A DNA stretch of 64,000 nucleotides from Bacilli bacterium (GCA_024409055.1 JAKSUL010000004.1:4010-68009); one strand, 5' to 3'; numbered from the stretch's first letter, positions 53,889 through 62,694 are shown. The notes: generated by a model from the letters alone, not told the origin. Numbers and translations are program-made.

Positions 53889-54966
53889 AATATTTGATTT
53901 TGACTGGAAGTGGATTGTCTTCGTGGATTTTTTCGCAAACCCTGATGACTTCGCGGCCCATCCAAGCCTGGACCTTCATCGGGCGATCTTCGGTTAGGTA
54001 GTGGTAGAGGTCCTCGTAGAGATTGGCGGTTCCGACTTCAAAGGCGGTTCCTTCATAGTTTTTCTCTTCTTCGTGCCAGACCATTTGTTCGCTGCAGTAC
54101 TTCGGAGTATGCTTCTCGTCCATCAAGGAACCCTGGACCAATTCTTTCTTCGGGTTTTCTTCGTCCAAATAATATTTGAGCTTGTATCCGAAGATGTTTG
54201 TCTGGTAGTTGCCGTGATCGCCAACGAGTTGGACGTTATAAGGAGACCAGAAGCAGTTGCTGTGCATTTCCATATCGATCATCGGTTTGTTTGGGGCTTC
54301 GATGATTATCTTTGTGAAGTCATCGGAGTCGCCGGAACTATTGCACGTGGTCTCTAATTTGGAATAGGCGACTCTCCAATCTTTATCGTAATCGATTAAA
54401 TGCAATCCGATGCCGATTGGGTGTGGGCCGGTGTTGTAGGCGTTTCCAGCGGCCATTTTTTGAAGGGTTTGCCAGTCCCATCTTCTGGCGAAGCCGTTCC
54501 AACGAAGTTTGATTTCGCTTAAGCGTCCAAGAACTCCGCTCTTGATGACTTCCTGAAGATGGTTGAAGTACGGGGCATATAAAGACTGTTGGAAGACGGC
54601 GACCTTAACGCCTTTTCTTTTAGCGGTGTCGATCAAATCTTGGCATTCTTCGGCGGTGCGGGCCATTGGTTTTTCGACCAAGGCGTTATAACCGTGCTCA
54701 AGGATTGATTTGGCGACTGGGTAGTGCTCGTTTGAGTAAGTGGAAACGACGAATAAGTCGATATCTTTGCGATCAAATAATTCGGTGCACTCAGCAACGA
54801 CTTCTGCCTCCGGGAAAAGTCCTTTGGCAATATCTCTTCTTACTGGATCGCGGTCGATAACGTACTTGACGTTATAAAGTTTGTTGGCGTCGGAAAGGAA
54901 AAAATTACCGTGAATGTCTTTTCCGCTCCTTCCCTGTCCAATTAGGGCGACGTTAAGTTTTTTCAT
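53887..54966 (-). CDS. Gfo/Idh/MocA family oxidoreductase
   Basis: KLNVALIGQGRSGKDIH Rossmann motif and VEKP motif. 359 aa. Confidence 0.85.
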   Translation of the reverse strand: MKKLNVALIGQGRSGKDIHGNFFLSDANKLYNVKYVIDRDPVRRDIAKGLFPEAEVVAECTELFDRKDIDLFVVSTYSNEHYPVAKSILEHGYNALVEKPMARTAEECQDLIDTAKRKGVKVAVFQQSLYAPYFNHLQEVIKSGVLGRLSEIKLRWNGFARRWDWQTLQKMAAGNAYNTGPHPIGIGLHLIDYDKDWRVAYSKLETTCNSSGDSDDFTKIIIEAPNKPMIDMEMHSNCFWSPYNVQLVGDHGNYQTNIFGYKLKYYLDEENPKKELVQGSLMDEKHTPKYCSEQMVWHEEEKNYEGTAFEVGTANLYEDLYHYLTEDRPMKVQAWMGREVIRVCEKIHEDNPLPVKIKY

Positions 54967-55096
54967 ATGATTCTCCTTGGAGTTACTAAACGTTACGAAG
55001 ATTTTATACCTAGAGGTATGAGGAAAAAAGATGAGAAGGACAAAATGATCTGCAATTTAGCAACAAGTAAAAAAGTCAAAAAAACAACGACGCTGT

Positions 55097-55681
55097 TTAT
55101 TTTGATTTTGCGACTTGCCTTATTACCTCGGACGCTTGTTTAGCGCACTTTTTATAGCATTCCTCAGTGAGGTGAAGATTATCGCTGCATTTTCCATATC
55201 CTGGTTCTTGTAACATTAAGGAATATAAGTCATCAACCACGACACCTTCTTCTTTCATGAGTTTCAAGGCTGCCTCGTTATATTCTTTGACATCTTCGTT
55301 CGTATATAGCTTGTTCGGTGCGATTTCCCCAGTTGGGATTGGAAGCTTAAATATTGGGGTCGTAGTAGCGAAAATCGGTGTAGCGCCACTCTCTTTTATC
55401 ATGGAAATTAAGCGTTTGAAATTATGAATGTAATCCTCAATCGGGGTAATTCTTTCCCCTTTTGGCCCTTCTGTATTCATGTCCCAATAACCGTTGTTGA
55501 AGTGGACTATATCGAAAGGTCCGAAACGATTATTCAAATAATTGAATTGCCAAATGGTGTAGGCCGAGAACCTTCCATTATCGGAGTCATCGTAAACGAC
55601 TTCAAATTCAGATAGCTCTTCCTTTATATAACTGTCATATCCCATTCGGATTGAATCTCCGAGCAAAAGAATCTTTTTCAT
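55097..55681 (-). CDS. SGNH/GDSL family hydrolase
   Basis: GGAGG RBS 6 nt before the ATG at 55681. Block I ILLLGDSIRMGY, NNGYWD block, and DNLHLT block V. Confidence 0.75.
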   Translation of the reverse strand: MKKILLLGDSIRMGYDSYIKEELSEFEVVYDDSDNGRFSAYTIWQFNYLNNRFGPFDIVHFNNGYWDMNTEGPKGERITPIEDYIHNFKRLISMIKESGATPIFATTTPIFKLPIPTGEIAPNKLYTNEDVKEYNEAALKLMKEEGVVVDDLYSLMLQEPGYGKCSDNLHLTEECYKKCAKQASEVIRQVAKSK

Positions 55682-55773
55682 AAGTGCCTCCATCTTCTCA
55701 TAGATTTAATCATCCGAAAAAAAGGATATAAATAGACAAAAAAAGAAAATGGCTGGAGTAGTAAAATAGTGTC

Positions 55774-57261
55774 ATGAAAACAATTCTTTATCTACCGCTT
55801 GATGAAAGGCCGTGCAATTACGAACTCCCATTCGCTCTTTCAAAGTGCGCAAAGGGATACAAAATGATCCGTCCCTCAAAGAGCGCGATGGGGGACATGA
55901 AGATTCCGACCCCGTTCGAAAATGTTTCTTCCTTTTTAAGAGAGAATGTTTCCGATAGCGATATTGCTGTAATCTCGCTCGATCAACTCTTATATGGCGG
56001 GATAGTCCCGTCCAGGATTCACTATCTAACGGAAAAGGATATTTTAAATAGGTTATCCTTAATAAAAGATATAAAAGAAGCGAATCCGAATCTTAAGATT
56101 TATCTTTTTGCCCTCGTTTTGCGTTGCCCTTGTTATTCGACCGATGAAGAAGAACCTCTTTTTTACGGAAGATGCGGCCAAGAAATATTTGAATATGGGG
56201 TCCTAAAATCGAAAAGAGATTTAGGCATTATTCCCGAAGAGGAATATAAAGTGAAAAGCGAGCCCCTTTTGAAGAAATGCGGATCGGATTTGTCGGATTT
56301 TGAACAAAGAAGAAACATCAATTTATTCGCCTTAAAACAGTTCATCAAAAATTACTCCAAATACGTCGACCTGTTTGTCATTCCTCAAGATGATAGCGAG
56401 CCATACGGCTATGCAATGATGGATAGAATGAGGGTCTCTAAATGTTTGGACGAAAACGGAGTAAAGGCCCTTATGTACCCTGGTGCCGATGAAGTCGGGA
56501 TGGTGCTTTTAGCGAGGGCGTTAAGCGATGATATGGGAATAAAGCCCGATATCGAAGCCGTTTTTCCAAAAGAAGAATGCAAGGAAGTTTATCCGATGTA
56601 TGAGGCCCAACCGGTTTATAAGACGATGCAAGCCCAACTAAAGACCATCGGATTTAATCTAGTTGAGAAATCAAAGAACAAGTTGTTCATGAATTACCCG
56701 ACAAAAAAGACGGTGAATATGGGGAGCGCGCCTAACGAATCATACGCAGAACGTGATTTGCCCACCTTTGTTTCGAAAATCGTCTCCTCAGCCAAGGCGA
56801 ATGACAACGTCATGATTTGCGATGGAGCCTATTGCAATGGTGGGGAAGAAGATTTCCTGTTTGAAATTTCCAAAGGGGTATCTCTCTTTAAGTTATGCGG
56901 GTATGCAGGATGGAATACTTCCTCGAACGCGATGGGGACCGTTTTGGCTCAAGGCATGCTTGCCATATTGTTTGGTCATAACCAAGAACAAGAATATTTC
57001 TTATCTGAAAGAATTTATGAAGATATCGCCTATTGTGGGCATGTTCGTTGGGATGTTTGGCACGGCTACGCCCCTGAACATGGCTACTCGCTAGAACATG
57101 CCGGATCAAGCAACGGAATCGTGGCCAAAGAAATAAGAAGGCAGCTTGAAAATTACATGAGCAAACGCTTCCCCGAAGTCTATACTAAATACGCATTATC
57201 TAGGTGCAGACTCCCATGGAGACGTTTGTTTGAAGTGGATCTCAAATTAAGGAGAAAATAA
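55774..57261 (+). CDS. DUF4127 family protein
   Basis: The N-terminus ILYLPLDERPCNYELP matches my recollection of DUF4127. 495 aa, function unknown. Confidence 0.55.
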   Translation: MKTILYLPLDERPCNYELPFALSKCAKGYKMIRPSKSAMGDMKIPTPFENVSSFLRENVSDSDIAVISLDQLLYGGIVPSRIHYLTEKDILNRLSLIKDIKEANPNLKIYLFALVLRCPCYSTDEEEPLFYGRCGQEIFEYGVLKSKRDLGIIPEEEYKVKSEPLLKKCGSDLSDFEQRRNINLFALKQFIKNYSKYVDLFVIPQDDSEPYGYAMMDRMRVSKCLDENGVKALMYPGADEVGMVLLARALSDDMGIKPDIEAVFPKEECKEVYPMYEAQPVYKTMQAQLKTIGFNLVEKSKNKLFMNYPTKKTVNMGSAPNESYAERDLPTFVSKIVSSAKANDNVMICDGAYCNGGEEDFLFEISKGVSLFKLCGYAGWNTSSNAMGTVLAQGMLAILFGHNQEQEYFLSERIYEDIAYCGHVRWDVWHGYAPEHGYSLEHAGSSNGIVAKEIRRQLENYMSKRFPEVYTKYALSRCRLPWRRLFEVDLKLRRK

Positions 57262-57263
57262 GG

Positions 57264-58454
57264 ATGGACATCAAAAAGTATTTATCTCTCTACGAGACGG
57301 AATTGGACGAATATTGCGCCCCTTTCTGGCTCAAGTATGCGGTCGATGAAAAAGACGGCGGCATTCTCAACTGCGTTGACGAAAAAGGCGAGGTTTATTC
57401 TCTCGACAAAAGCGTGTGGATGCAGGGCAGATGCGGATATATGTATTCGCACCTTTACAACACCCATAAAAAGGATCCGGAGTATTTAAAAATAGCCAAG
57501 TCGTGCATCGATTTTTTGGATCAGCATTGCTTTGACGCGGATGGCAGGATGTATTTCACCGTCACCCACGATGGACTTCCTCTTAGAAAAAGAAGGTATT
57601 ACTTCTCGGAGACCTTCTACATCATGGCTAACATCGAATATTACGGCGCGACCGGAGATGTCGAAAAGCTTAAGAATGCTAAGAAGGTCTTTGATCTTGT
57701 TTATGCCATTTACAAAGACGGCGCCAATGATCCGTTCCAGATTTGGCCAAAGACCTATCCAACCACCCGCGCTTTGAAGGCGATGGGCCCGAGCATGATT
57801 CTTCTCAACGTCACATACATCATGAGGGAATTTGATAAGGAAAACGAAGAAAGATATAACGCGATCATCGATGAATGCATCGCAGAAATCAAACTTCACT
57901 ATATCCCTGAATATCATGCGATGCTCGAATCCATCACAGTCGATAACAAAGCCTTCTTAGATAGTGCTCCGGAGAGAATTATCAATCCTGGACACGATTT
58001 GGAATGCTCCTTCTTCTTAGCCCAAGAAGCTCAGTATCGCAACGACAAGGAACTTCTCGCCTTTGCTGAGTTAGTCTTCAAGGACGCCATCAAGAACGGA
58101 TGGGATGAAACCTATGGCGGAATCTTGTATTTCAAAGACTGCCTTGGAAAGCCAGTTGAGGCTTATGAACACGATATGAAACTCTGGTGGCCACACAATG
58201 AAGGCATCAACGCATCCCTTCTTTTGTTCCAATTGACCGGAGATAAGTTCTATGCCGATTGGTTCGAGAAGATTACCGAATACGCCTTCTCTCATTTCTC
58301 CGATCATAAATATGGGGAATGGTATGGGTACCTTAGAAGAGACGGAAAACCGACCGAGCCTCCGTGCAAAGGCCATACATACAAAGGGCCATTCCACGTT
58401 ATGAGATGTCTTAATAACGTCATCGGAATGCTCAAAGAAATGTCATCTAAATAA
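57264..58454 (+). CDS. N-acylglucosamine 2-epimerase (AGE) family epimerase/isomerase
   Basis: (alpha/alpha)6 AGE pattern: FWLKYAVDEKDGGILNCVD, KSVWMQGR, HDLECSFFL, LWWPHNE, GEWYGYL. Confidence 0.85.
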   Translation: MDIKKYLSLYETELDEYCAPFWLKYAVDEKDGGILNCVDEKGEVYSLDKSVWMQGRCGYMYSHLYNTHKKDPEYLKIAKSCIDFLDQHCFDADGRMYFTVTHDGLPLRKRRYYFSETFYIMANIEYYGATGDVEKLKNAKKVFDLVYAIYKDGANDPFQIWPKTYPTTRALKAMGPSMILLNVTYIMREFDKENEERYNAIIDECIAEIKLHYIPEYHAMLESITVDNKAFLDSAPERIINPGHDLECSFFLAQEAQYRNDKELLAFAELVFKDAIKNGWDETYGGILYFKDCLGKPVEAYEHDMKLWWPHNEGINASLLLFQLTGDKFYADWFEKITEYAFSHFSDHKYGEWYGYLRRDGKPTEPPCKGHTYKGPFHVMRCLNNVIGMLKEMSSK

Positions 58455-58460
58455 CGAAAC

Positions 58461-58493
58461 AGCCAATTGGGTTCTTCCCAGTTGGCTTTTCTT
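58461..58493 (+). terminator. rho-independent terminator after the AGE gene
   Basis: 11-bp stem AGCCAATTGGG / CCCAGTTGGCT with a 5-nt loop, followed by TTTTCTT. Confidence 0.55.
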
Positions 58494-58526
58494 GTGCAAA
58501 ATTAGAGCAAGCAAAGAGGAAATACT

Positions 58527-58868
58527 ATGGCAAAAGTAAGACGCTATATGGGCGGCTATGTTCTTCAATTTGAGGGTGACCGAATTCGTGAATATATGGG
58601 CGGATACCTTTATCAGATTGAAGGAGATCGCGTTCGTCGTTATATGGGGGGTTACGTCTACCAAATAGAAGGTAACCGAGTTAGAGACTACATGGGCGGT
58701 TACATCTTGGAGTTCGATGGAAAGAGGCTGCGCCGCTACATGGGCGGCTATGTGGCTGAAGTCGAGGGAGACAAAATCCGCCAGTATATGGGCGACTATG
58801 TTTACCAAATCGAGGGATTTTTAACAAACAAAGAAATGATGGTGTTGCTCACGCTTCTGTTTGCGTAA
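58527..58868 (+). CDS. small protein built from six tandem 16-aa repeats (consensus RRYMGGYVYQIEGDRV) with a hydrophobic C-terminal tail
   Basis: GAGGAAA RBS. The repeats are conserved at the amino-acid level while synonymous codons differ between units. The tail is KEMMVLLTLLFA. Confidence 0.6.
   Translation: MAKVRRYMGGYVLQFEGDRIREYMGGYLYQIEGDRVRRYMGGYVYQIEGNRVRDYMGGYILEFDGKRLRRYMGGYVAEVEGDKIRQYMGDYVYQIEGFLTNKEMMVLLTLLFA
58539..58817 (+). repeat. 48-bp-period coding tandem repeat (5 full units plus 1 partial)
   Basis: Units start at 58539, 58587, 58635, 58683, 58731 and 58779, each containing TA(T/C)ATGGG(N)G(G/A)(N)TA. Confidence 0.8.
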
Positions 58869-58904
58869 TAATGTTTGCGCCTCGTCAATAAAGGGAATAC
58901 GTAT

Positions 58905-59879
58905 ATGAAAAAATACATTGGAACAATCATAACCGTCATCGTCGTTTTGGCAGCGACAGTGCTTGGGTTCGTCTTCTGCCCGCCGAATTTGGACAGCCTT
59001 CAACTCGAGACCATGTTTATCTTGGCCTGCATAACCGGTGGATCGATTTTATATTGCTTTATCGTTGGTGAAATAACTCTTAATAACTCTCAAATGGATA
59101 AGCTTTGGAGCATCCTTCCGATTGCTTATATTTGGGTTATCGCGATAAAGGGAGGCCTATCCCCGCGTCTTCTCATCATGGCGCTTTTGGTGACCTTGTG
59201 GGGTATCCGTCTCACTGCTAATTTTGCAAGAAAAGGCGCCTATTCTATTAAGTTTTGGACGGGTGAAGAAGACTACCGTTGGGTTGTTTTAAGGAAAAAC
59301 AAACTTCTTCAGCCGAGGTGGAAATGGGCCATCTTTGATTTGCTATTTATCTCTATTTATCAAAACGTTCTAGTTTTGGCGATATGTTTGCCTGCCGTTG
59401 CCGTCATGTCTTCAACCGCTTCATTTGGAGTTTGGGACTATGTGGCTTCCATTGCCATGTTTGGCTTTATTCTTTTGGAGACTATCGCCGACGAGCAACA
59501 GATGGCGTTCTACAAGAAAAGGGGCGAATATTACGCCCAAGGAAAGAAGCTTGAAGAAATGCCGCTCCCGTATAGCAGAGGTTTCAATACATCGGGATTA
59601 TGGGGACATTCCCGCCACCCGAACTATTTTTCGGAACAAGGCACTTGGATTTCTCTCTATATCTTCACAATCGGAGCTGGAGTCATCGTTTACGGTGTCT
59701 TCAACTGGTCGATGGTTGGCTGTTTGTTCTTGGTCCTTCTTTTCCTAGGAAGCTCGGCTTTTGGAGAAGGGGTCTCGTCTTCAAAGTATCCTGAATACAA
59801 ACTTTACCAAGCGAAAGTCTCCAAATACGTCCCTTGGCTCAAATATAATCCAACCAAGGAATCCGCTGAGACGAAATAA
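58905..59879 (+). CDS. DUF1295 / steroid-5-alpha-reductase-like membrane protein
   Basis: Polytopic. The motif GLWGHSRHPNYFSEQGTWISLY is typical of DUF1295/ICMT-like families. ATG at 58905 with an AAGGGA RBS. Confidence 0.7.
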   Translation: MKKYIGTIITVIVVLAATVLGFVFCPPNLDSLQLETMFILACITGGSILYCFIVGEITLNNSQMDKLWSILPIAYIWVIAIKGGLSPRLLIMALLVTLWGIRLTANFARKGAYSIKFWTGEEDYRWVVLRKNKLLQPRWKWAIFDLLFISIYQNVLVLAICLPAVAVMSSTASFGVWDYVASIAMFGFILLETIADEQQMAFYKKRGEYYAQGKKLEEMPLPYSRGFNTSGLWGHSRHPNYFSEQGTWISLYIFTIGAGVIVYGVFNWSMVGCLFLVLLFLGSSAFGEGVSSSKYPEYKLYQAKVSKYVPWLKYNPTKESAETK

Positions 59880-59901
59880 GGGGCCACGTGGCTCCTTTTT
59901 T
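59880..59901 (+). terminator. rho-independent terminator
   Basis: GGGGCC-ACGT-GGCTCC hairpin immediately after the stop, followed by TTTTTT. Confidence 0.6.
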
Positions 59902-59991
59902 CTGCCCCTAGTTATTTTCTTTTCTCGTATTTTGGCATGGTTTTTTCAATGAGCGACAAATGTACCGATAATGAATGAAATTGCCCCAAAA

Positions 59992-60020
59992 TCGACATTT
60001 TACCTATATTTAGGTATAGT
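59992..60020 (+). promoter_or_regulatory. candidate sigma-70-type promoter TCGACA-N17-TATAGT upstream of the first nuclease gene
   Basis: Hexamers read directly. The -10 hexamer ends 9 nt before the ATG at 60030, and no Shine-Dalgarno lies in between. Confidence 0.35.
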
Positions 60021-60029
60021 GTATTGCAT

Positions 60030-61568
60030 ATGAAAAAGAGGCACCTTGTTTTTAGCGTTCTTATCTTGGCTCTTTTTGCTTGTGCTTCGGTGTCATCGGC
60101 GTTCGCAAATTTAAACAACGAGCCGACCGTCGTTAACGCCGCCGACTATTCATCCTATTGGAATGGAATCGATACTTCCGGAAAGACTGTAGGCAACACA
60201 TTCAGAAAATCTCTCCAAGACATCATGAAGTCTAAGGGAACAAAGACAGGTTCCAATTCTTATAAAGGTCTCAACACGATTTTGGCAAAGAGCGATGCCG
60301 ATCCGAAAGATTCATCGAAGGTCATTCCTTTTTACCATGGGCCCAATGAATCGGTCACCGCTTCGTGGAACACCACCATCAATAAAGAACACACTTGGCC
60401 GAATAGCCGTGGTGCCGGTGAGAACTCCGGATATGCCGGAACCGATCCGCAAGTCATTCGTCCAACGTTGATAAAAGATAACAGCAGCCGTGGCAACTCT
60501 ATGTTCGCTGAATCAGGGGCTTACGACCCGGCAAGTTTGGGCTATGAACCCGCTAGAGGAGAGGCAGCCCGCATCATCCTTTATGCCGCCACGATGTATT
60601 ACAACAAATCGACATCAGGGGCTGGAGGAACTTCGAAAGGGAGCAAACCTCTTGAACTAACGAATAACGTAAGCGATTCGGCAAGTAACTGCACCATGGG
60701 TAGGTTGAGGGATCTTCTTAAATGGAACCTCCAATACCCAGTGACGGATGCCGAGGTCAGGAGGAACAACTATTTGACCTCCATCAACTATGCTAGAAAC
60801 CCGTTTATCGATAATCCTGAATGGGCAAATTTCATTTGGGACGATAACGGTATTCGCCAATCGCCTTACGACCCGACATCTTCTTATTCGCCCGTTTCCA
60901 TTTCTTCGTCTTCAGAAAGTCAAATTCCAAGCGGCGCCAAGTATCAAATGATTCAGGACACCAGGGAACTCGTTATCGGAAAGCATTACGCGATCGCCGG
61001 AGAAAATAGCACCTCGTATTTCGCCATGAAGAACGAGATAAAAGCCACATATTACATTGATCAAGTTCAAGTTAACGTCACCGACGGAATTCTTACGAGT
61101 GCCGATGGAATGTGCGATTTCGTTTTAGAAGAAGGCACTACCCCTGGGACTTATGCATTTCACGATGCGAGTGCAGGTTATTTAAACGGCGTCATGAGCG
61201 GGACTCACTACAATGTCGGGTACCAAACTAACGGATCCGCCAAAAACACCGATTGGACCATTTCTTCGTATAAGGATGGCTTCAGTTTGATGTCTGGGAA
61301 CGGAGTCTATGCATCTCATTACGCTGAAAAAGCCGACTTTACTGGAAGCCAATATGCCGCGGAACTTTATTTATTCGAATTGATCGATGGCCCGACCCCA
61401 ACTTCTTCAAGCTCGCAGGCCACCAGTGAACATCCTCCCGTTTCTCATTCTGATTCTAGTGGAGCAGGAGGGACTGGCTGCGGTGGTTCTATCGTTGGAA
61501 CGTTGGCGGTTTCGACCATCGGCCTTTTCGGCCTAGGTTTGGCGTTTGCCATCAAAAAGAGGAAATGA
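60030..61568 (+). CDS. extracellular endonuclease I family nuclease with extra C-terminal domain and GCGG C-terminal anchor
   Basis: Signal peptide. Endonuclease_1 motifs NKEHTWPNSRG, DPQVIRPTLIKDNSSRGNSMF, AARIILYAATMY and RNPFIDNPEWA. The tail is GGTGCGGSIVGTLAVSTIGLFGLGLAFAIKKRK. Confidence 0.85.
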   Translation: MKKRHLVFSVLILALFACASVSSAFANLNNEPTVVNAADYSSYWNGIDTSGKTVGNTFRKSLQDIMKSKGTKTGSNSYKGLNTILAKSDADPKDSSKVIPFYHGPNESVTASWNTTINKEHTWPNSRGAGENSGYAGTDPQVIRPTLIKDNSSRGNSMFAESGAYDPASLGYEPARGEAARIILYAATMYYNKSTSGAGGTSKGSKPLELTNNVSDSASNCTMGRLRDLLKWNLQYPVTDAEVRRNNYLTSINYARNPFIDNPEWANFIWDDNGIRQSPYDPTSSYSPVSISSSSESQIPSGAKYQMIQDTRELVIGKHYAIAGENSTSYFAMKNEIKATYYIDQVQVNVTDGILTSADGMCDFVLEEGTTPGTYAFHDASAGYLNGVMSGTHYNVGYQTNGSAKNTDWTISSYKDGFSLMSGNGVYASHYAEKADFTGSQYAAELYLFELIDGPTPTSSSSQATSEHPPVSHSDSSGAGGTGCGGSIVGTLAVSTIGLFGLGLAFAIKKRK

Positions 61569-61571
61569 ACA

Positions 61572-62690
61572 ATGAAATTGAAGGCCGGTAAAAAAACAAT
61601 TATTGCTACCGCCCTTCTTTCGCTTTGCTCCATTGCCGTTTCTTTCTCGCTCTTTGGAAAAACCGTTTCCTCAGTAGATGCTAGAGGGGGAGATTACTCA
61701 GTTCCTCTTGACGGGTATTACGACGAAATAACGGCCACGTCTGGCAGGGAATTAACTGGTCAGGTGCATGACTTGATCGTGAAAACCCACCAAAATTACA
61801 CGACGTATGACGACAACGGGAAAAACGGTCTTCAGAAGCAGGCCGATTACGATCCCGAGAATCCGAGCAACATTATCGAATGGTATTCCGGCATGCCTAT
61901 GCCAAATGCGTGGAATCCAGTCACCGGTGGATACAATCGCGAGCATGTATGGTGCCAATCTCTTTCGAATGGATTATGGGGTGAAAAAGGAGGGGGTGCG
62001 GATATGCACCATCTTCGCCCTGTTGAGGTTTCTTTAAATACCGCTAGAAACAATAGCCCCTACGGCATTGTCCCAAATAGGGAGAACTATAAAAAATACC
62101 CAAAAGACTTAAACAAAAACTACATCACCGATTGGTGCGGCGGTTATAAAACCAATGACGTTTTCGAGCCTATCGATTCCAAGAAAGGCGATGTCGCCCG
62201 CGTCGTAATGTATACGTACCTGCACTATTCTACGTATGCGAACGTTGGCGGGACCACCAATGGGTCCGGCGGAATAGATTATTTCGGCACCCTTCCGATT
62301 ACGAATGTTATTTCGGCCGCCAACGAGCAGGACGCTTGGAAACTATTGATCGATTGGAACAACATGGATCCGGTCGACATCCTCGAAATAAATAGAAACG
62401 AAGCTGTTGCAAAATTTCAGGGGAATAGAAATCCTTTTATCGATCATCCTGAATATGCAGCCGCTATGTGGGGAGATCAACCGCTTCCGCCACCGACTAG
62501 TGAGCCGTCTTCTTCGACAATTGAGTCGTCGCCGATTGAATCATCTTTAGCTCCTACCTCTCAGTCTGGAGGAGGGAACGGATGCGGTGGGGCCATCGAA
62601 TCCACCCTATCTCTACTGGCGATTGGACTTGGAGGGTGTGCGGTCCTCACGACAACTTGGCTAATCAAACGCGCTAAAGAAAGGAAATAA
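61572..62690 (+). CDS. extracellular endonuclease I family nuclease with GCGG C-terminal anchor
   Basis: Signal peptide. Motifs NREHVWCQSLS, DMHHLRPVEVSLNTARNNSPYG, VARVVMYTYLHY and RNPFIDHPEYA. The tail is GGNGCGGAIESTLSLLAIGLGGCAVLTTTWLIKRAKERK. Confidence 0.85.
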   Translation: MKLKAGKKTIIATALLSLCSIAVSFSLFGKTVSSVDARGGDYSVPLDGYYDEITATSGRELTGQVHDLIVKTHQNYTTYDDNGKNGLQKQADYDPENPSNIIEWYSGMPMPNAWNPVTGGYNREHVWCQSLSNGLWGEKGGGADMHHLRPVEVSLNTARNNSPYGIVPNRENYKKYPKDLNKNYITDWCGGYKTNDVFEPIDSKKGDVARVVMYTYLHYSTYANVGGTTNGSGGIDYFGTLPITNVISAANEQDAWKLLIDWNNMDPVDILEINRNEAVAKFQGNRNPFIDHPEYAAAMWGDQPLPPPTSEPSSSTIESSPIESSLAPTSQSGGGNGCGGAIESTLSLLAIGLGGCAVLTTTWLIKRAKERK

Positions 62691-62694
62691 TGTC

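Noticed and set aside
58443-58808. 121-aa minus-strand ORF overlapping the 16-aa-repeat gene
   Set aside because: It stays open only because of the 48-bp periodicity of the repeat. The plus-strand frame has an RBS, a terminator-bounded context and amino-acid-level repeat conservation; the minus frame has no RBS.
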